64,000 bases of DNA from Octopus vulgaris (GCA_951406725.2 OX597820.1:43710001-43774000), one strand, 5' to 3'. Positions 14,170 through 28,084 are shown, counted from the stretch's first letter. Numbers and translations: made by a program. The notes: generated from the letters alone by a model not told the origin.

Positions 14170-15032
14170 TGCGTGTGTGTGTGTATGTGTATTATATATA
14201 TTATATAACTCACTCATGCACGCTCACACATATATATGTATGCTCGTACATACACAAACACACACACACACGCACATATTTGGGCATATATCGTCACAAT
14301 CGCCAGTATTACTAGCTTTACTATCACTAATATCATCATTATCATCGGCAATATCACAATCGTTGTCGTCGTCGTCATCGCAGTCACGATCATCGTCGTT
14401 ATTATTGGTATCGATTTCGTTGTCACAGTCATCATCAAACATTCTCCTGCAGCTTCGTCCAAATAAAGAATCCATACCTACTATAATCAGTTTCTCTATC
14501 CTAATTATTCCAGCAACGTTCCCAAATGAGTTGCCACAAAACCATCAATACGATTTTAATTTAGCAAAGTTTGCCGTTATAAAAGATTAAACGTAGCTCA
14601 TGTACACACAGCGGAATAGAATAATTTATATGGTTTCTAGCAAGAACACAAATTAATCATAGAACTTTAACATAAAGCAAGATATTAAATACAAATATCG
14701 CCTGGTGATATTAACAGTTCTATAACCTTGACATATCACTTTCGACAATCTTCGAAATTGTATCCAGGTTCGATTACTCATTTCCCGTGATTCATTTAAT
14801 AACTGTTACAAACTGCGTGTGTGCTAATTTCTTCATTTACCTTATATTGTTTAATTGGTCTCCGTCAGTGGATTGTGGCTATGATGGGGCACCCCGTTCA
14901 AGTGTTTTAGTCGAACGTATCGACGACCATGAATTTATTTTACATAAGCCTCGTATTTATTCTATCGATCTTTAGGTTGAACCGTCGTCAAGCGATGATG
15001 GGGTCAAACTCATAGACAGATACATATATATG

Positions 15033-15069
<37 letters not shown>

Positions 15070-15942
15070 TATAAAATGAATAATAGAAGAATGATAAGAT
15101 TACTCCATTACAAAAAACCGTTATCATCAGATGAAATGTAATTTTACAAACAAAAGAATCTCCCAAGAATATAGCAGGGATGTGGCTGGAGTCTGTCGAG
15201 GCCAACTATAAAATGAGAGAATGTCCAACAAATTTGGCCGTCGAGGTTAAGAAGGAATATATTTTGTCAAATGGTATAATATGATATCTACGAGTGAGAT
15301 AGGAGCCTACTTGACTGGTTGTTAGGTAGGTTTGAGTGGGGTTAGGTCATATTTTCTTATAGTAAGGCTTAGAGCAGTGGGTAGCTGGAAGGAGTCCTAA
15401 GATAAATTAAGGATAAAGAATAAAAAAAGACTGCAGAAGTAAAAGTAAAGAAAAATAAATGCATACAAGCCAATCAGGCATAGGGTCGGGTTTTTGATTC
15501 GCTAGCAAGATTAAAGGACAAAGGGAAGAGGGGAGAGATACAAAGAATTTAGCGGTATTGGTTGGAAATTGGAGGAGGGTACGAAGGCAATCGAATAATA
15601 ATGACATCTATCTTTTGAGAAATGAAACTGGAAATATGTAGGATGTTGTTTTAGAAACGAATATGTATATAGGTTAATGGGGACCGCTTAAAATATTAGG
15701 ACATGTTTGCCTGGAGACGGAAAAGCTGGTAGTAATAGTGGAGTACTACGTATTATTAAGGACCTTAAAGAAAGTAGGGGTTGTATAATAAGCTACACGT
15801 AGTACGGAGTTAGAGGAAATACCAAATCGGATATCAAAGAAAGGCAGCAGTAGGGAGTAGTTTAATTATTAACAGTATGGAATCTTATATAGGTGGCGTT
15901 GATATTATTCAATTAGATAGTATAATCATCATTATGTGAATT

Positions 15943-15984
<42 letters not shown>

Positions 15985-16064
15985 AAGGGTGGAAAGGAAC
16001 ACACGAGTTGATATATATGAAAAAACAAATCAAAAATAGAAAATGCTAAGATGATTTTATAGTG

Positions 16065-16117
16065 AATCTTTCAGTACCGGTTTCGGTCATTTTGAGACCT
16101 TTTCAACTGTAACGATT
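16065..16117 (-). ncRNA. Minimal type I hammerhead ribozyme, U3:A8 core variant
   Basis: AAUCGUUACAG UUGAAAA GGUC UCAAAAU GACC GAAAC CG GUA CUGAAAGAUU; helices I and II pair; helix III ACCGGU is palindromic. Confidence 0.75.
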
Positions 16118-16269
16118 AAATAATTAAATTTAGAAAAATTAGAAGAAAAGTTTTTTTAAAAGAATATTTCTGTAGTAGTGTTCAGATATAAGTAGCATTC
16201 TGCCTTTCTCTGACTCCCTTGTTTGCACTTGTGTGTTCGAGGTCGACCTCGAACACACAAGTAAACACT

Positions 16270-16546
16270 AAAAACACCTAAAAGCTCCACGAGGCTCCGG
16301 CAGGGGATGGTGGTGATCCCTGCTGTACTCTTTCACCACAACTTTCTCTCACTCTTACTTCCTGTTCCTGTTGCACCTGTATTTCAAGGGGCCGGCCTTG
16401 TCACTCTCTGTGTCACGCTGAATACGTTAAGGATGCACGTGTCTGTGGAGTGCTCAGCCACTTACACGTTAATTTCACGAGCAGGCTGTTCCGTTGATTC
16501 GGATCAACCGGAACCCTCATCGTCGTAACCGACGGAGTGCTTCCAC
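16270..16546 (+). mobile_element. tRNA-derived SINE family C, 5'-truncated
   Basis: Matches the body and tail of the full copy at 59529-59918. Confidence 0.85.
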
Positions 16547-17169
16547 ATATATATATATATATAACTTACTTGGAAAAGGATGTGTGGCGTTCGATCATAT
16601 AATAATATAAATAATATATAAATATATGCATCTATATGTATATATACCTATATGTATATATGTATATATACCTACATCTATATGTATATATACATGCATA
16701 TATGGGTACAGGACATCAAAAAAATCTTTGAACACAATGAGAAACGAAAACATAAAAACAAAAACATGGAAACGAACTATTTTTCAAACAACGAAAAAGC
16801 AAAGTACAAGACATACAACACAAAGAGTATTCCCCTTCTTCAGTTGTCCCTGTTTCGTCTATTCCGCGGTCCGAGTGTAAGGACAAGACGCGACTTCGTT
16901 AAAACAATCCTTCCCGTAAAGCAAATTAAATATAATTTGGGATTTTTTTTGCGGAGGAGTCAAAGTGGTAATAAGAACTGGACAGTAAGAAGAAAACAAG
17001 ACAGTAAAAACAATAAAAGTAAAAACAATAAAAGATAGAACACAGTGAAAACAAACGGTGAGAGCTGTTAAGCCAAGAAGATGATTACTCTGTTTTTTCG
17101 TTGCTTGAAAAATAGTTCGTTTCCATGTTTTTGTTCAAAATAATTTTTCCATCGTCTTGGCTTAACATC

Positions 17170-17219
17170 TAGTAGCTAGTTGGAAAAATCTCAATGAGAT
17201 GAAAGTAGTAACTCTACTA
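17170..17219 (+). ncRNA. Decayed hammerhead-like motif (U3:A8 type)
   Basis: UAGUAG CU AGU UGGAAAA AUCUC AAU GAGAU GAAAG UA GUA ACU CUACUA; helices I and II pair; two core/helix III substitutions. Confidence 0.5.
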
Positions 17220-17677
17220 AGAAATGGTATTTATCGCCACATTATTATGGCTGTTCGACACTACTGCTGTTTTTAACTCCAGGCAGATCTTCCGCCAGCT
17301 GGTTGCCGGTGCAACCTGCACTCTGTATATATTTATGACGGATCTCTTTCAGTTTGCAATGTTTCGGTTGATTTTGAGTATTAATATAAGTTACTTGCCG
17401 AAGGTGAGACTAACCGAAGATTACATGATTCGAAAGCTAACTTCTTAGCCCCACAGCAACATGTTTCAACTCAGTGGCATAATTGTTTTTATTAATGCCA
17501 CTTGTTTCTCATCGTTCGAAAGAGACACCAAACGGATCCCACAAGTCCTGCAAAATTACAAGGACTACTCCTTCCCCCAGGCTCAGCAAGGAAAAAGAAA
17601 AGAGAAAACGTATTTACAAGGTAAGTACAAAGGTCATCATCATTGATACAATATATTGCAGTAGTATTGCTTGAATA

Positions 17678-18072
17678 TCTTTATATATAAAAGTGAAGTT
17701 GTGTGTCTGTCTCCTATGATTTAGATTCCTAACTACTCCCACATTTTGCGGTGCAGTTTAACCAAAACCGGGTATCTTATAGTCGTGATTCATATCGAGC
17801 CCTTCTGGGTGTTAGCGCGCGTCTACGATGAGTCTACGATTTAAAAAAAAAATTACCATCATTTTTTTCATTTTAATGCATTTTTTCGCTATTATATAAG
17901 GGAAGTAACTCTCTAAAAATGTCTACGACGAGTCAACGATTTTTAAAAAATTTACCATATTTTTTTTTCCATTTTTAATGCTTTTTTTGCTATTTTTTGG
18001 CTATAACTCTCTAAAAATGCTTATATAGTTATTTCCCTTACAAACCCGAGCAACGCCGGTCGATACTGCTAG
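17678..18072 (+). mobile_element. Non-autonomous Helitron (copy 1 of 3)
   Basis: 5' TC, 3' CTAG, subterminal hairpin CCCGAGCAACGCCGG, inserted between A and T with no TSD. Confidence 0.9.
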
Positions 18073-18762
18073 TCCCATATAAAAGAAAAACATCAGTGAA
18101 TGCATTGCCAAAATAAAATTAAGAGAAATACAGATTTTCCACGATTAAATATATTTTACAGCACTGTATCACGGAAAATAATCGTATTTGTGACTTGAGT
18201 CGTTACCCGTGTTTTTCTGTCTTTGAATGACCGCAACTAAGGTAGCAGACATTTTGGTCTAAAGTAGTGATCCTGGAAATTACAGGCGCTGAACTAGATT
18301 CAAATCCCTTTTCTGGAATCAAGCTATCACAAGTTTGTTGTAGGTTATCTTTTGTGCATTCGTGTGGGGAATGGGGGTGTTTGTGTGTGTGTTCGTATTT
18401 GTATGTGTTTATGTCCCATGTACGTCTGTATCTCAAAGAGTACTGTGTCCTTTATAAAAGGCGATACATGAGATTCCCCAGCCTTTCCTTCGATCAGCCT
18501 GGTCATTAGCCACTACGTGTTCGATTCGCAATGGTCCCACTGGAATGGCCTGAGACAACTAAATAAGGATCATGCATGCTTACCCAAGTAACAAGCTACT
18601 AGCGCCTTGCAAAGTCAACTTGTTATATCAATTTGGTCTCCCGTAGTTACTTGAATACAAACACCGTTCTTTCAGTAGCATGTTAATGACATACATACAT
18701 ACATGCTTACATAAATACATGAATATATACACACATACCTGCATGCATACATACATGCATGC

Positions 18763-18801
<39 letters not shown>

Positions 18802-18831
18802 AACAAAGATAAATGCGATACAATAAAATTA

Positions 18832-18888
<57 letters not shown>

Positions 18889-19569
18889 CATCTGTTGTAG
18901 TAAGTCAAAGATTGGATTTCACAGTTATTTGGAAGTTGCTCAACAGCAATTGTTCATGCTTTGAAGTTATTGATATGTCCCCAAGAGCTTATAAGAGAGT
19001 TGAATATCTATACATTTTACTCAGCGTTTACATAAGATATAGTAGATGTGATGGAAAACTGGTAGTAGTTACATTACACTTAACATAATATCCGATTATG
19101 CAACGCAAGCTCTTGGTAATTTCTTCTTGTTTTATTATCTAACAGTGTTAATTTCTGCTATTATTCTTTTCTTTATGACACTGCATTATTTCTGCTCTTT
19201 TATATCTGTAGTTTACAGAGTTTGACAAGATCATTCCATCAGTGTTCTTTCATCGTATGAGCAAGTTTAATTTCTAATCACAGCAGCTTGAATATTTATC
19301 TTGATTATTTGCTTACATTGTTGCAATGTATCGTCTTTTGACATCATACCTCGTATGTAACTAAAATTGTGATAGCGGTTATCGAATTAATGTTGGCACG
19401 TATTTCATAATATTTATTTGAGGTTTTCTGATTCACGGAATGGTGTGCATAAAATTTATGCATAACATTCCGTGAATCAGAAAAACTCTAATACATTCAA
19501 ATATTAGAAATCCTGATTATGAGAGTACAACCAAGTTTCCTAAAATTTAGATTTATTTTATTTCACCTG

Positions 19570-20346
19570 ATACTCGTCGTTAATTAATCGAGACATGCGT
19601 TGAATGTTCGTCTCGAATTAATGGTCTTAACTACAGAGAATTGAGGAGGCGAAGGAGTTGATATTAGGTAATGATGCGTTTGGTGTTAGTGAGATGGGAA
19701 GAGACATGTGCTCCTTGTTTTTTTCTTCTCGGTCTCTCGCTGATACATCAATAATAATTATAACTATGAAAGAAACATCAACACATGTCTACGGGCGATG
19801 TTTAGTTAAAAAAGGTAAATGCTGTAAAATCGGACCCATAACAAAACCAACCAAAAGAGAAAGACCGATGGACATATAACCATAAATACTATGAAATAAT
19901 TGTTTACATACTTATTTCTCTCACAGTAAGACATTCAAATATTAACTTTGTTCTCAATAATATTGGACAGTACCATAGATCTTCTCCATGTTAGTCGAAC
20001 CACCCGAGAGTTATGAATGCAGCTCAACTGTTTCATTTCTTTTGTCTACTATCACTCGACTCTTGAATTCACTTCGTCCACCTGCGACACTTCTCTTAAC
20101 TCCTGTGTTATCTCTGATATCATTTGTTCCCATCGATCAGTTCTACTTCAACATTACTACTTCTGCTCTTTTCTACAAACTAACTGATCGCCACTGATAT
20201 CTTGACTTCTGTCTCTTCCCATCTCACTAACACCAAACATATCATCACTTAATATCAACTCCTTCACCTCCGCAATTCTCTGTGATTAAGACCATTATTT
20301 CGAAACGAGAGTTCAACGCATGTCTCGGTTACTTAACGACGCGTAT
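19570..20346. repeat. ~137 bp inverted repeats (19570-19706 / 20210-20346) around a 500 bp spacer
   Basis: TTTGGTGTTAGTGAGATGGGAAGAGACA versus TGTCTCTTCCCATCTCACTAACACCAAA, plus flanking matches. Confidence 0.8.
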
Positions 20347-20679
20347 GCTCACACGAAATCCATACCCCCATACGCACCCACGAAATCATTCACACAAATA
20401 CCGTCTCACTTCACGCCCGATCCAGCATATACAGTCTTCCTTTTATATCTACCTCACCTCTTCACTGCTCAAGTCAAAAGTACTTCAGACTCTTCCAATC
20501 CCAACCGCTCATTTGCCATCTCTACCCCAATCTACCTCGTCTTGCATTTAAAATCACATCTGAATCATACTAGATTTACAATTCAGTATCTGGATTAGCG
20601 ATTCGGTAATAGTAGTAGGCACCATCACTTGGATTTCATTTTCAGTTACCTGGAATTTAGTTTATTGCATTATGTATTA

Positions 20680-21298
20680 TTGTACTTGTTTCAGACATGT
20701 CTGCGGCCATGCAGGGGCATCGCCATCAAGGGTTTAGTCGAAAACAAAAGACCCATGACTCATTTTTTTTTCTAAGCCTAGTACTTATTATATCGGTATC
20801 TTTTGCCAAACCGCTAATTTCCAGAGACACAAACACACCAGCACCGGTTGTCAAGTTATGGCGGAGGAGGGATGACAAACGCGCGCGCGCGAATATATAC
20901 ATATATTTCTTTACTACCCACAAGGGGCTAAACACAAAGGGGACAAACAAGGACAGACAAACGGATCAAGTCGTTTATATCGACCCAGTGCGTAACTGGT
21001 ACTTAATTTATCGACCCCGATAGGATGAAAGGCAAAGTCGACCTCGGCGGAATTTGAACTCAGAACGTAACGGCAGACAAAATACGGCTACGCATTTAGC
21101 CCGGCGCGCTAACGTTTCTGCCAGCCTGCCGCCTTATACATATACGAGGGCTTCTTTCAGTTTCTGTCTACTCACAAGGCTTTATTTGGGCCGAGGCTAC
21201 GGTATTAGACACATGCCCAACATGCCACGCAGTAGGACTGAATCCGGAACCATTTCGCTTAGAAGCAAACTTCTTGCCACACAGCCACGCATGCGCCT
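20680..21298 (-). mobile_element. SINE family B interrupted by a family A SINE (20903-21134)
   Basis: Family B head GGCGCA..GTGGCTGTGTGG.AAGAAG at 21298 and tail ACTGAAACAAGTA at ~20685, split by a family A copy. Confidence 0.75.
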
Positions 21299-21815
21299 AT
21301 ATATAAATCAGCAAAGATGCATACATAGATGCATACATGTGCGACTGCATACATATGTACTGATGTGTTTGGTGATAGACATATACGTGAAGTTGCTTTC
21401 AAATACGTACGTGTATACTAGCATACAGTGGTCAAATGCGCATATGAGTGGATATATATTGTGTTAGCACTTGCGTTTTGTGTAGCAAATAATTTGAGTA
21501 CGAGTAATACTCTCAAGTCATAATTATAGCAAGCGATTATTTTTGATTGTCATATTTATATACTGTAATTATGGGAAATAAACAGCATTTTAGGATATTC
21601 AATGGAGTTTCATGCCATTCTTATAGATACAATTCACAGAATGTTTTAAATCCAGTATGAAACGCGTTTCTACAGGAAAATTTTCTGTAATTCCTTGATC
21701 GTTTGAAGCAATCAAATAACTAAAATGCATATTTACATATATTGAGTTCTCTCTTCGCATATATGTGAGTGCATGTGTGCGTGTTTCGCTTTCCCTCGCT
21801 CGCTCTCCCTCTCTC

Positions 21816-21875
<60 letters not shown>

Positions 21876-22534
21876 ATCGTCATGGATATATATAGAAGCC
21901 ATATTGTCAACAGAATATGTTTGCGTAATTGCGCGTGCAAGTGAAGATGTTGCACTATTCGCAAAATTATTTGCTGAATGCCGTAATATTTCTTTGTCAT
22001 TTTATGGCCGTTCTGTTTCCATCATAAAAAGGAAATGCGCCATAATTCAAGAAATGTATAAAGTAGTTTGGTTATATATATATATATATATATATACATT
22101 TATATATATATATACACATGTTTTTATGAGAGAGAGTGTGTTTATATATAAGCATTTATGTCATTGCATTTACGTATATATATGTCATTTCATTTACGTA
22201 TATATATGCATATATATATATATATATATATATATAAGTGTATATATATATACATATATATATATATGTTTGTGTTTGTATGTGTACTTTTGTATGTGTG
22301 TGAATATATCGTGCGTTTTGTACTGTTGACGCACAGACTTTAGAAGAATTTTGAAATATTTTAAAGAAAATAAAACAAATTTTCTTTGGTATTTCGATAA
22401 GAATTAAAACCGTACTGAATTATTTAAAATTATTTAATTTCCTTCTTCCACCCCGGATCTGTTCCAACTTTGTTCTTCATCCTTAACATGCTCCCCTGGT
22501 ACTATATGTGTATATATATTTACAAATATACATA

Positions 22535-22584
<50 letters not shown>

Positions 22585-22667
22585 TATCTATAGTTCTCTG
22601 TGGGATATTGTGTATCTATGTATCTATATATACATGTATATATATATATAAAGAGAGAGAGATACAT

Positions 22668-22698
<31 letters not shown>

Positions 22699-22766
22699 TA
22701 CATACATACATACATACATACATACATACATACATGCATACGCACAGACATACATACATAAATACA

Positions 22767-22800
<34 letters not shown>

Positions 22801-23167
22801 CATGAAACTATTACTGGCTCTTTCCTAATATGTCTTAAAAAGATATTTATCTGACACTGGACGAAATATATTTTTGTTGATTCTACCTCTGTGTGAGTGT
22901 GTGTGTGTGTAATATATATAATCAGAAATGCGTTCATCTATATTGTCATTCCATCCCAAGTTTCTTCGCTTTTCTTCTCCTTCCCCGTCCGCTGCCGCGT
23001 CATCTACTCCTCCTATTGGTTCTGAAACAAATATGGCGATTTTATTCCATTTTACCGTTTATTATTTTTATGTCTTACGTCCTCGAGTTTGCACTCAAAC
23101 GATATTAACAGTAATGTAATCACTACGAACGACATTATTATCAGAAATTTATCAATATTATGATTGC

Positions 23168-23230
<63 letters not shown>

Positions 23231-23256
23231 CATCATCATCATCATCATCGTCTTCG

Positions 23257-23363
<107 letters not shown>

Positions 23364-23918
23364 GAGTGAGCGAGCAGAGCATGCCATCAAAGTGACACTG
23401 GGGTAAAATATACGAAGCCCAGTATACCCATCATGACTACCCGACTGATAAGGGTACACCAGGCACATGCATCACAACTATATGTGCGCGACATGGTGAT
23501 CTCATATCAAGATAAACAGCACATGACCTTGCAGGTGGAGCCCAGTTAGAATTTTCTTCAGATCGAGTAACCCATCCCGCTCAAAAGGTCCCTGAATAAG
23601 GGTTGTTTAAGGACGTTGAACGAAACACCCATGTTTCCAGAGGTGAATTATTCAAACCCCAAAGAATCCTTCTCAACACATGGCTATGATGCTCCCCCAC
23701 TACTTCTGCTCGTGATCAGAGATGCACATATCGTCAGCCACTAAGGGACATGCTCAACTGGTTAAGGTGAAACAACTGACAAGCAAATCTGTGCTATTGA
23801 GCAGAATATTTGCTGTAGCCCATCTTTTATACCAAGACAAAACAATGTACATGATAACACTTCCAATCAGTTAAGATCAGAAGCCATGAGAGCCACTGCC
23901 TGGTACTGCATCAGGGCA
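23364..23918 (-). mobile_element. ~555 bp non-coding retroposon inserted in (TAA)n, copy 1
   Basis: Close match to 24050-24603 and partial match to 59041-59357; (ATT)n on both sides. Confidence 0.85.
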
Positions 23919-24035
<117 letters not shown>

Positions 24036-24049
24036 TATTATTATTATTA

Positions 24050-24602
24050 AGTGAGAGAGCAGTTCATGCCATCAAAGTGACACTGGGGTAAAATATACGA
24101 AGCCCAATATACCCATCATGACTACCCGTCTGATAAAGGTACACCAGGCACATGCATCACAACCATATGTGCGCGACATGGTGATCTCATATCAAGATAA
24201 ACAGCACATGACCTTGCAGGTGGGGCCCAGTTAGAATTTTCTTCAGGTTGAGTAGCCCATCCCGCTCAAACGGTCCCTGAATAAGGGTTGCTTAAGGATG
24301 TTGAAAGAACCACCCATGTTTCCAGAGGTGAACTATTCAAACCCCAAAGAATCCCTCTCAACACATGGCTATGATGCTCCCCCACTACTTCTGCTCGTGA
24401 TCAGAGATGCACATATCGTCAGCCACTAAGGGATATGCTCAACTGGTTAAGGTCAAACAACTGACAAGCAAATCTGTGGTATTGAGCAGAATATTTGCTG
24501 TAGCCCATCTTTTATACCAAGACAAACCAATGTACATGATAACACTTCCAATCAGTTAAGATCAGAAGCCATGAGAGCCACTGCCTGGTACTGCATCAGG
24601 GC

Positions 24603-24603
<1 letters not shown>
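24050..24603 (-). mobile_element. ~555 bp non-coding retroposon inserted in (TAA)n, copy 2
   Basis: Tandem with copy 1, with scattered substitutions. Confidence 0.85.
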
Positions 24604-24650
<47 letters not shown>

Positions 24651-25429
24651 CATGGTTACTTTTTATATTAATGTTGATATAAAGCATATGACCATCATCA
24701 GTATCATTATCATGATCATCACCATTAACTCTGTTGTTGTTGTTGGTGGTGGTGGTGTTGATGCTGTTATTGTTATTGTTAAGGCTGGAAACTGCCCCAA
24801 TCATTAGCGCTCTGATCAAAATGCTTGGCGGTAATTCGTCCGTCTGCACGTTCGGAGTTCAAATGCAGCTGTAGTCGACTTAGCATTTTGTCCCTTCGAG
24901 TCGATAAGATAAGTACCAGTTAAGTACTGGGGTCATGTAATCGACTAGCCACTAACCCCAAAATTTCAATCCTTGTGACTATAGTACACGTTTTGCCTTA
25001 TTATTGTTATATTTCCTGCCGCTGCATCCACTCTTTTCCGCTGCTGTGAAAGTGAATGGCATTAATTTGGACTACCGAAGTTATTAGTAAACCTTTCAGC
25101 TCTCAGTAAGCATATTAGACTTATGGATATCGACCGAAGAATTCACATATCTTTAAGCTCCGAGGCCGTCTATTTTAGATATTAAGCAATCTGTAGTATT
25201 CTTATCTACTAGTCAACAGTATACGGTCTAGATATGCTCTGGGAGACCCGATGTGAAGTGTCCACGTCCACATTGGCACATTTGAGAAATGCAGTCGATA
25301 CCTATCAGACGAATGAAATTATATGAACATGTTTATGAACATTTTGCACACTACTCTCCTATCGGGTTAGCCTACACAATTCACATATGTTTCTTCACAA
25401 CGTTTCATTCACCCACTAACACAAAAGAA

Positions 25430-25785
25430 CAAAACGTTGAGAGGAAAATGTTTGTGATGTCTGAAGAAATTTTGTTGCTCTGTATAGACAGTTATTAAAG
25501 CACTCCTTTCGCTACTTTTCACATCCAGGACCAGCACCTTACCATCTTTGTCCATGATGATAGTCTCTATCGTGAGACCCAGAACTTTCCCTAACAACAC
25601 AGTGGCTCCCTGTCTCCGTCGCGTTAGTGAATTGTACACTTCGTATAGACAGAAAATGAGCTTCAAGACACGTAGCTCCGAAATTTGGTTTCACTGATGG
25701 CAACCACATCAATATTTAGTAAACTGAAGGTGTTGAGAAGATGGTCTTGCTTTCATGGTGAATGTAGGCCACCTACGTTTTGCCA
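25430..25785 (-). pseudogene. APE endonuclease remnant of a Tx1/L1-like LINE
   Basis: NVGGLHSP*KQDHLLNTFSLLNIDVVAISETK and GATVLLGK..DKDGKVLVLDVK..LITVY. Confidence 0.6.
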
Positions 25786-27087
25786 TTTATTCTATTCTCT
25801 TTTGCCATGTAAGTTGGAAAGAAGTGAGAAACCCCACTTATCTTATTCCAATGGAGAGACGTATATCCGTCCCTGCGTTGAATTTTGAATGTGTTCACAA
25901 GTAGACCTCTATATATTCTTCTATTTAAATTCCCTCTGATGTCTTCTACGCCGTTGGGACATTTTTAAAGCTGTATGTGTCATGTGATATTTGAATGATT
26001 TTTTTATGTTTCCTGAAATGCTATTAGTTGATGTAATGGACTTAATATGCGGTAGGCTTCTGTGTCAGTGTCTATGGACCATTAGTATTTAATTGCTTGT
26101 GTTTAGTGCCGTGTTGATAATGATGTCTGTTTTTTTTTTTTCGTCTGACTGTGTGTGTTCTGACTATCAATGCATGTAGGAATTGTTAGACTGTGATGTG
26201 TTTGTAATAGTGGTGTCTGTGGTGGTGGTGGTGTAAGTGGTTGTGGTGGTGGTAATGGTTGTGGTGGTGGGGATGACGGGGTTGATAGTACTTGTGTAGC
26301 TTCTGTAAGGGATAATTTTACTAAGTCGATGCTCAAGCATATCTCATTTATTTATGACTCCCAGATATTTTTGCTGTTTTTTTTTTCGTTTGGGTGTATT
26401 TCTATCGTTTCCTTTTCTTTCCATCGGTAACGTTTCAGCCTTTAGGTTCATCGATCCCATCATCACCACATGGCATGTTTGTGTAGTGTGAGCTGGGAAA
26501 GAGGATATCTTGAAGATGTTAACGTTACTGTATATGTTGTTGTTATGTAATGTTTTGCAGCTTTGTTTTTGCTGTTTTCTGTGATACAGTGACATAGATG
26601 GCGATGTATCATCTGTAGTTTTTGCTGTTTTCACTGTTAGTGTTGTAGTTACCGTTGCTGCTGTAGATGCTGCTTAATATCATAGAAGTGGAGTTGCAAT
26701 CACAGTTACTGTGGTTGCATAATGTTGCTGTAGTTCTTGTAACTGTTTGTGCTGCAGTTCCTGCTGTTCTTGGATGTCCTGATGTTGTGGTGTATGCAGT
26801 AGTAGAGGCGTTTTTCAGCTGCCATTTTCTGTAATTGAAGGTTGAAGGCCTTGAGATGATTGGTGTTTCCAAAGTATGCGCGTGGCATAGTAGTTTGAGC
26901 GCACGGCTCACAATAGTAAGATCGTGAGATCAATTCCCGTCAGCACGTTGAGTCCTTGAACAAGACAAGGATTTCATGTTGCTCCTGTTATTATAGCCGA
27001 TCAAAAAAAGAAGCAGTCGAGTTCTAGCATCAATATAATCAGCTTACCCCACTCCTCGTAGAAGCCGACCTTGAGTCATAATTTAAG

Positions 27088-27120
<33 letters not shown>

Positions 27121-27211
27121 AGCATCAGCATCGCAGTGAAGTATATGAAAACAATAACTACTGCCGTTGTTGCTTATATGTATGTGTATGTGTGTGCATT
27201 TGACAGGTAAG

Positions 27212-27890
27212 AACACAGACAGGTAAGAAAGAAAGAATGAAATGACGGCAATCTATCATACAATTTTAAGTTACCTACGGACGTAGGTGAGGCAATTCGT
27301 TGCTAAACCCTTAATTACTTAGTATTACTTAAATTTTCCTCGAATGGGGCTTTTACATGCCGAAATCTACTAGGTGTAATTGATAATTATTCCAAATTAA
27401 TTAATTTCACCCTTTATTATTACTGATAACCATATTTTATCCCAGTAAATGACCGCAGCATTTTGTCTTGGCTACACGCGGGTGGAAGGGGGCTGGTGAC
27501 ACAAACTTTCATTCAAACTTTGAATTTCGTGGTACTGGTCATGCTTTGGCTCGCTCTGACACTGAGTTGAGATAATGCCTTCTAGTATCTCAAAATTTAA
27601 TATACAATTATTCATAATTGTAGTATCCTGCGCCGATGAGAAAAGAAGTTTGGGTAAAGTAGAATTTTCTAATTCTTATGCTCTCCTAAAACTTGATTTC
27701 GAAACATACGTCCGTAGGTAACTTAAAATTGTATGATAGATTGCCGTCATTTCATTCTTTCTTTCTTACCTGTCTGTGTTTGCCTTTCAGGTGCTGTGTT
27801 TTTACTGAGATCCCCCTTTTAGTAGAAGGAATAGCTATATCTCTTTGACTGCTATTTCTAAATTCGGTGTGTTGGGGCAATTACTTAGTA
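27212..27890 (+). mobile_element. HHR-bearing non-coding element (retrozyme/Penelope pLTR-like), ~588 nt monomer with 74 bp inverted 5' arm
   Basis: 27212-27285 is the reverse complement of 27707-27780; unit start GGTGAGGCAATT (27286) recurs in shortened form at ~27874; second copy at 56245-56721. Confidence 0.75.
27627..27718 (+). ncRNA. Type I hammerhead ribozyme, CCGAUGA core, long helix II
   Basis: CCUGCG CCGAUGA GAAA..UUUC GAAAC AUAC GUC CGUAGG; predicted cut after C27712. Confidence 0.8.
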
Positions 27891-27912
27891 TATATATATA
27901 TATATATATATA

Positions 27913-28082
27913 ACGGCGGTGAGTTGGCAGAAACGTTAGCACGCCGGACAAAATGCTTAGCGGTATTTCGTCAACTTTCCCTTTTATCCTTTCGGGGACG
28001 ATAAATTGAGTACCAGTTGCGTACTGAGGTCGATCTAATCGATTGGCCCAAATTTCCGGCCTTATGCCTAGAGTAGAAAGGT
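27913..28082 (+). mobile_element. SINE family A, internally deleted
   Basis: Head and core match the family. Confidence 0.75.
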
Positions 28083-28084
28083 AT

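Noticed and set aside
16820-16895. Minus-strand CUGAAGA near GAAAC
   Set aside because: Motif order and helices do not give a consistent hammerhead in this copy.
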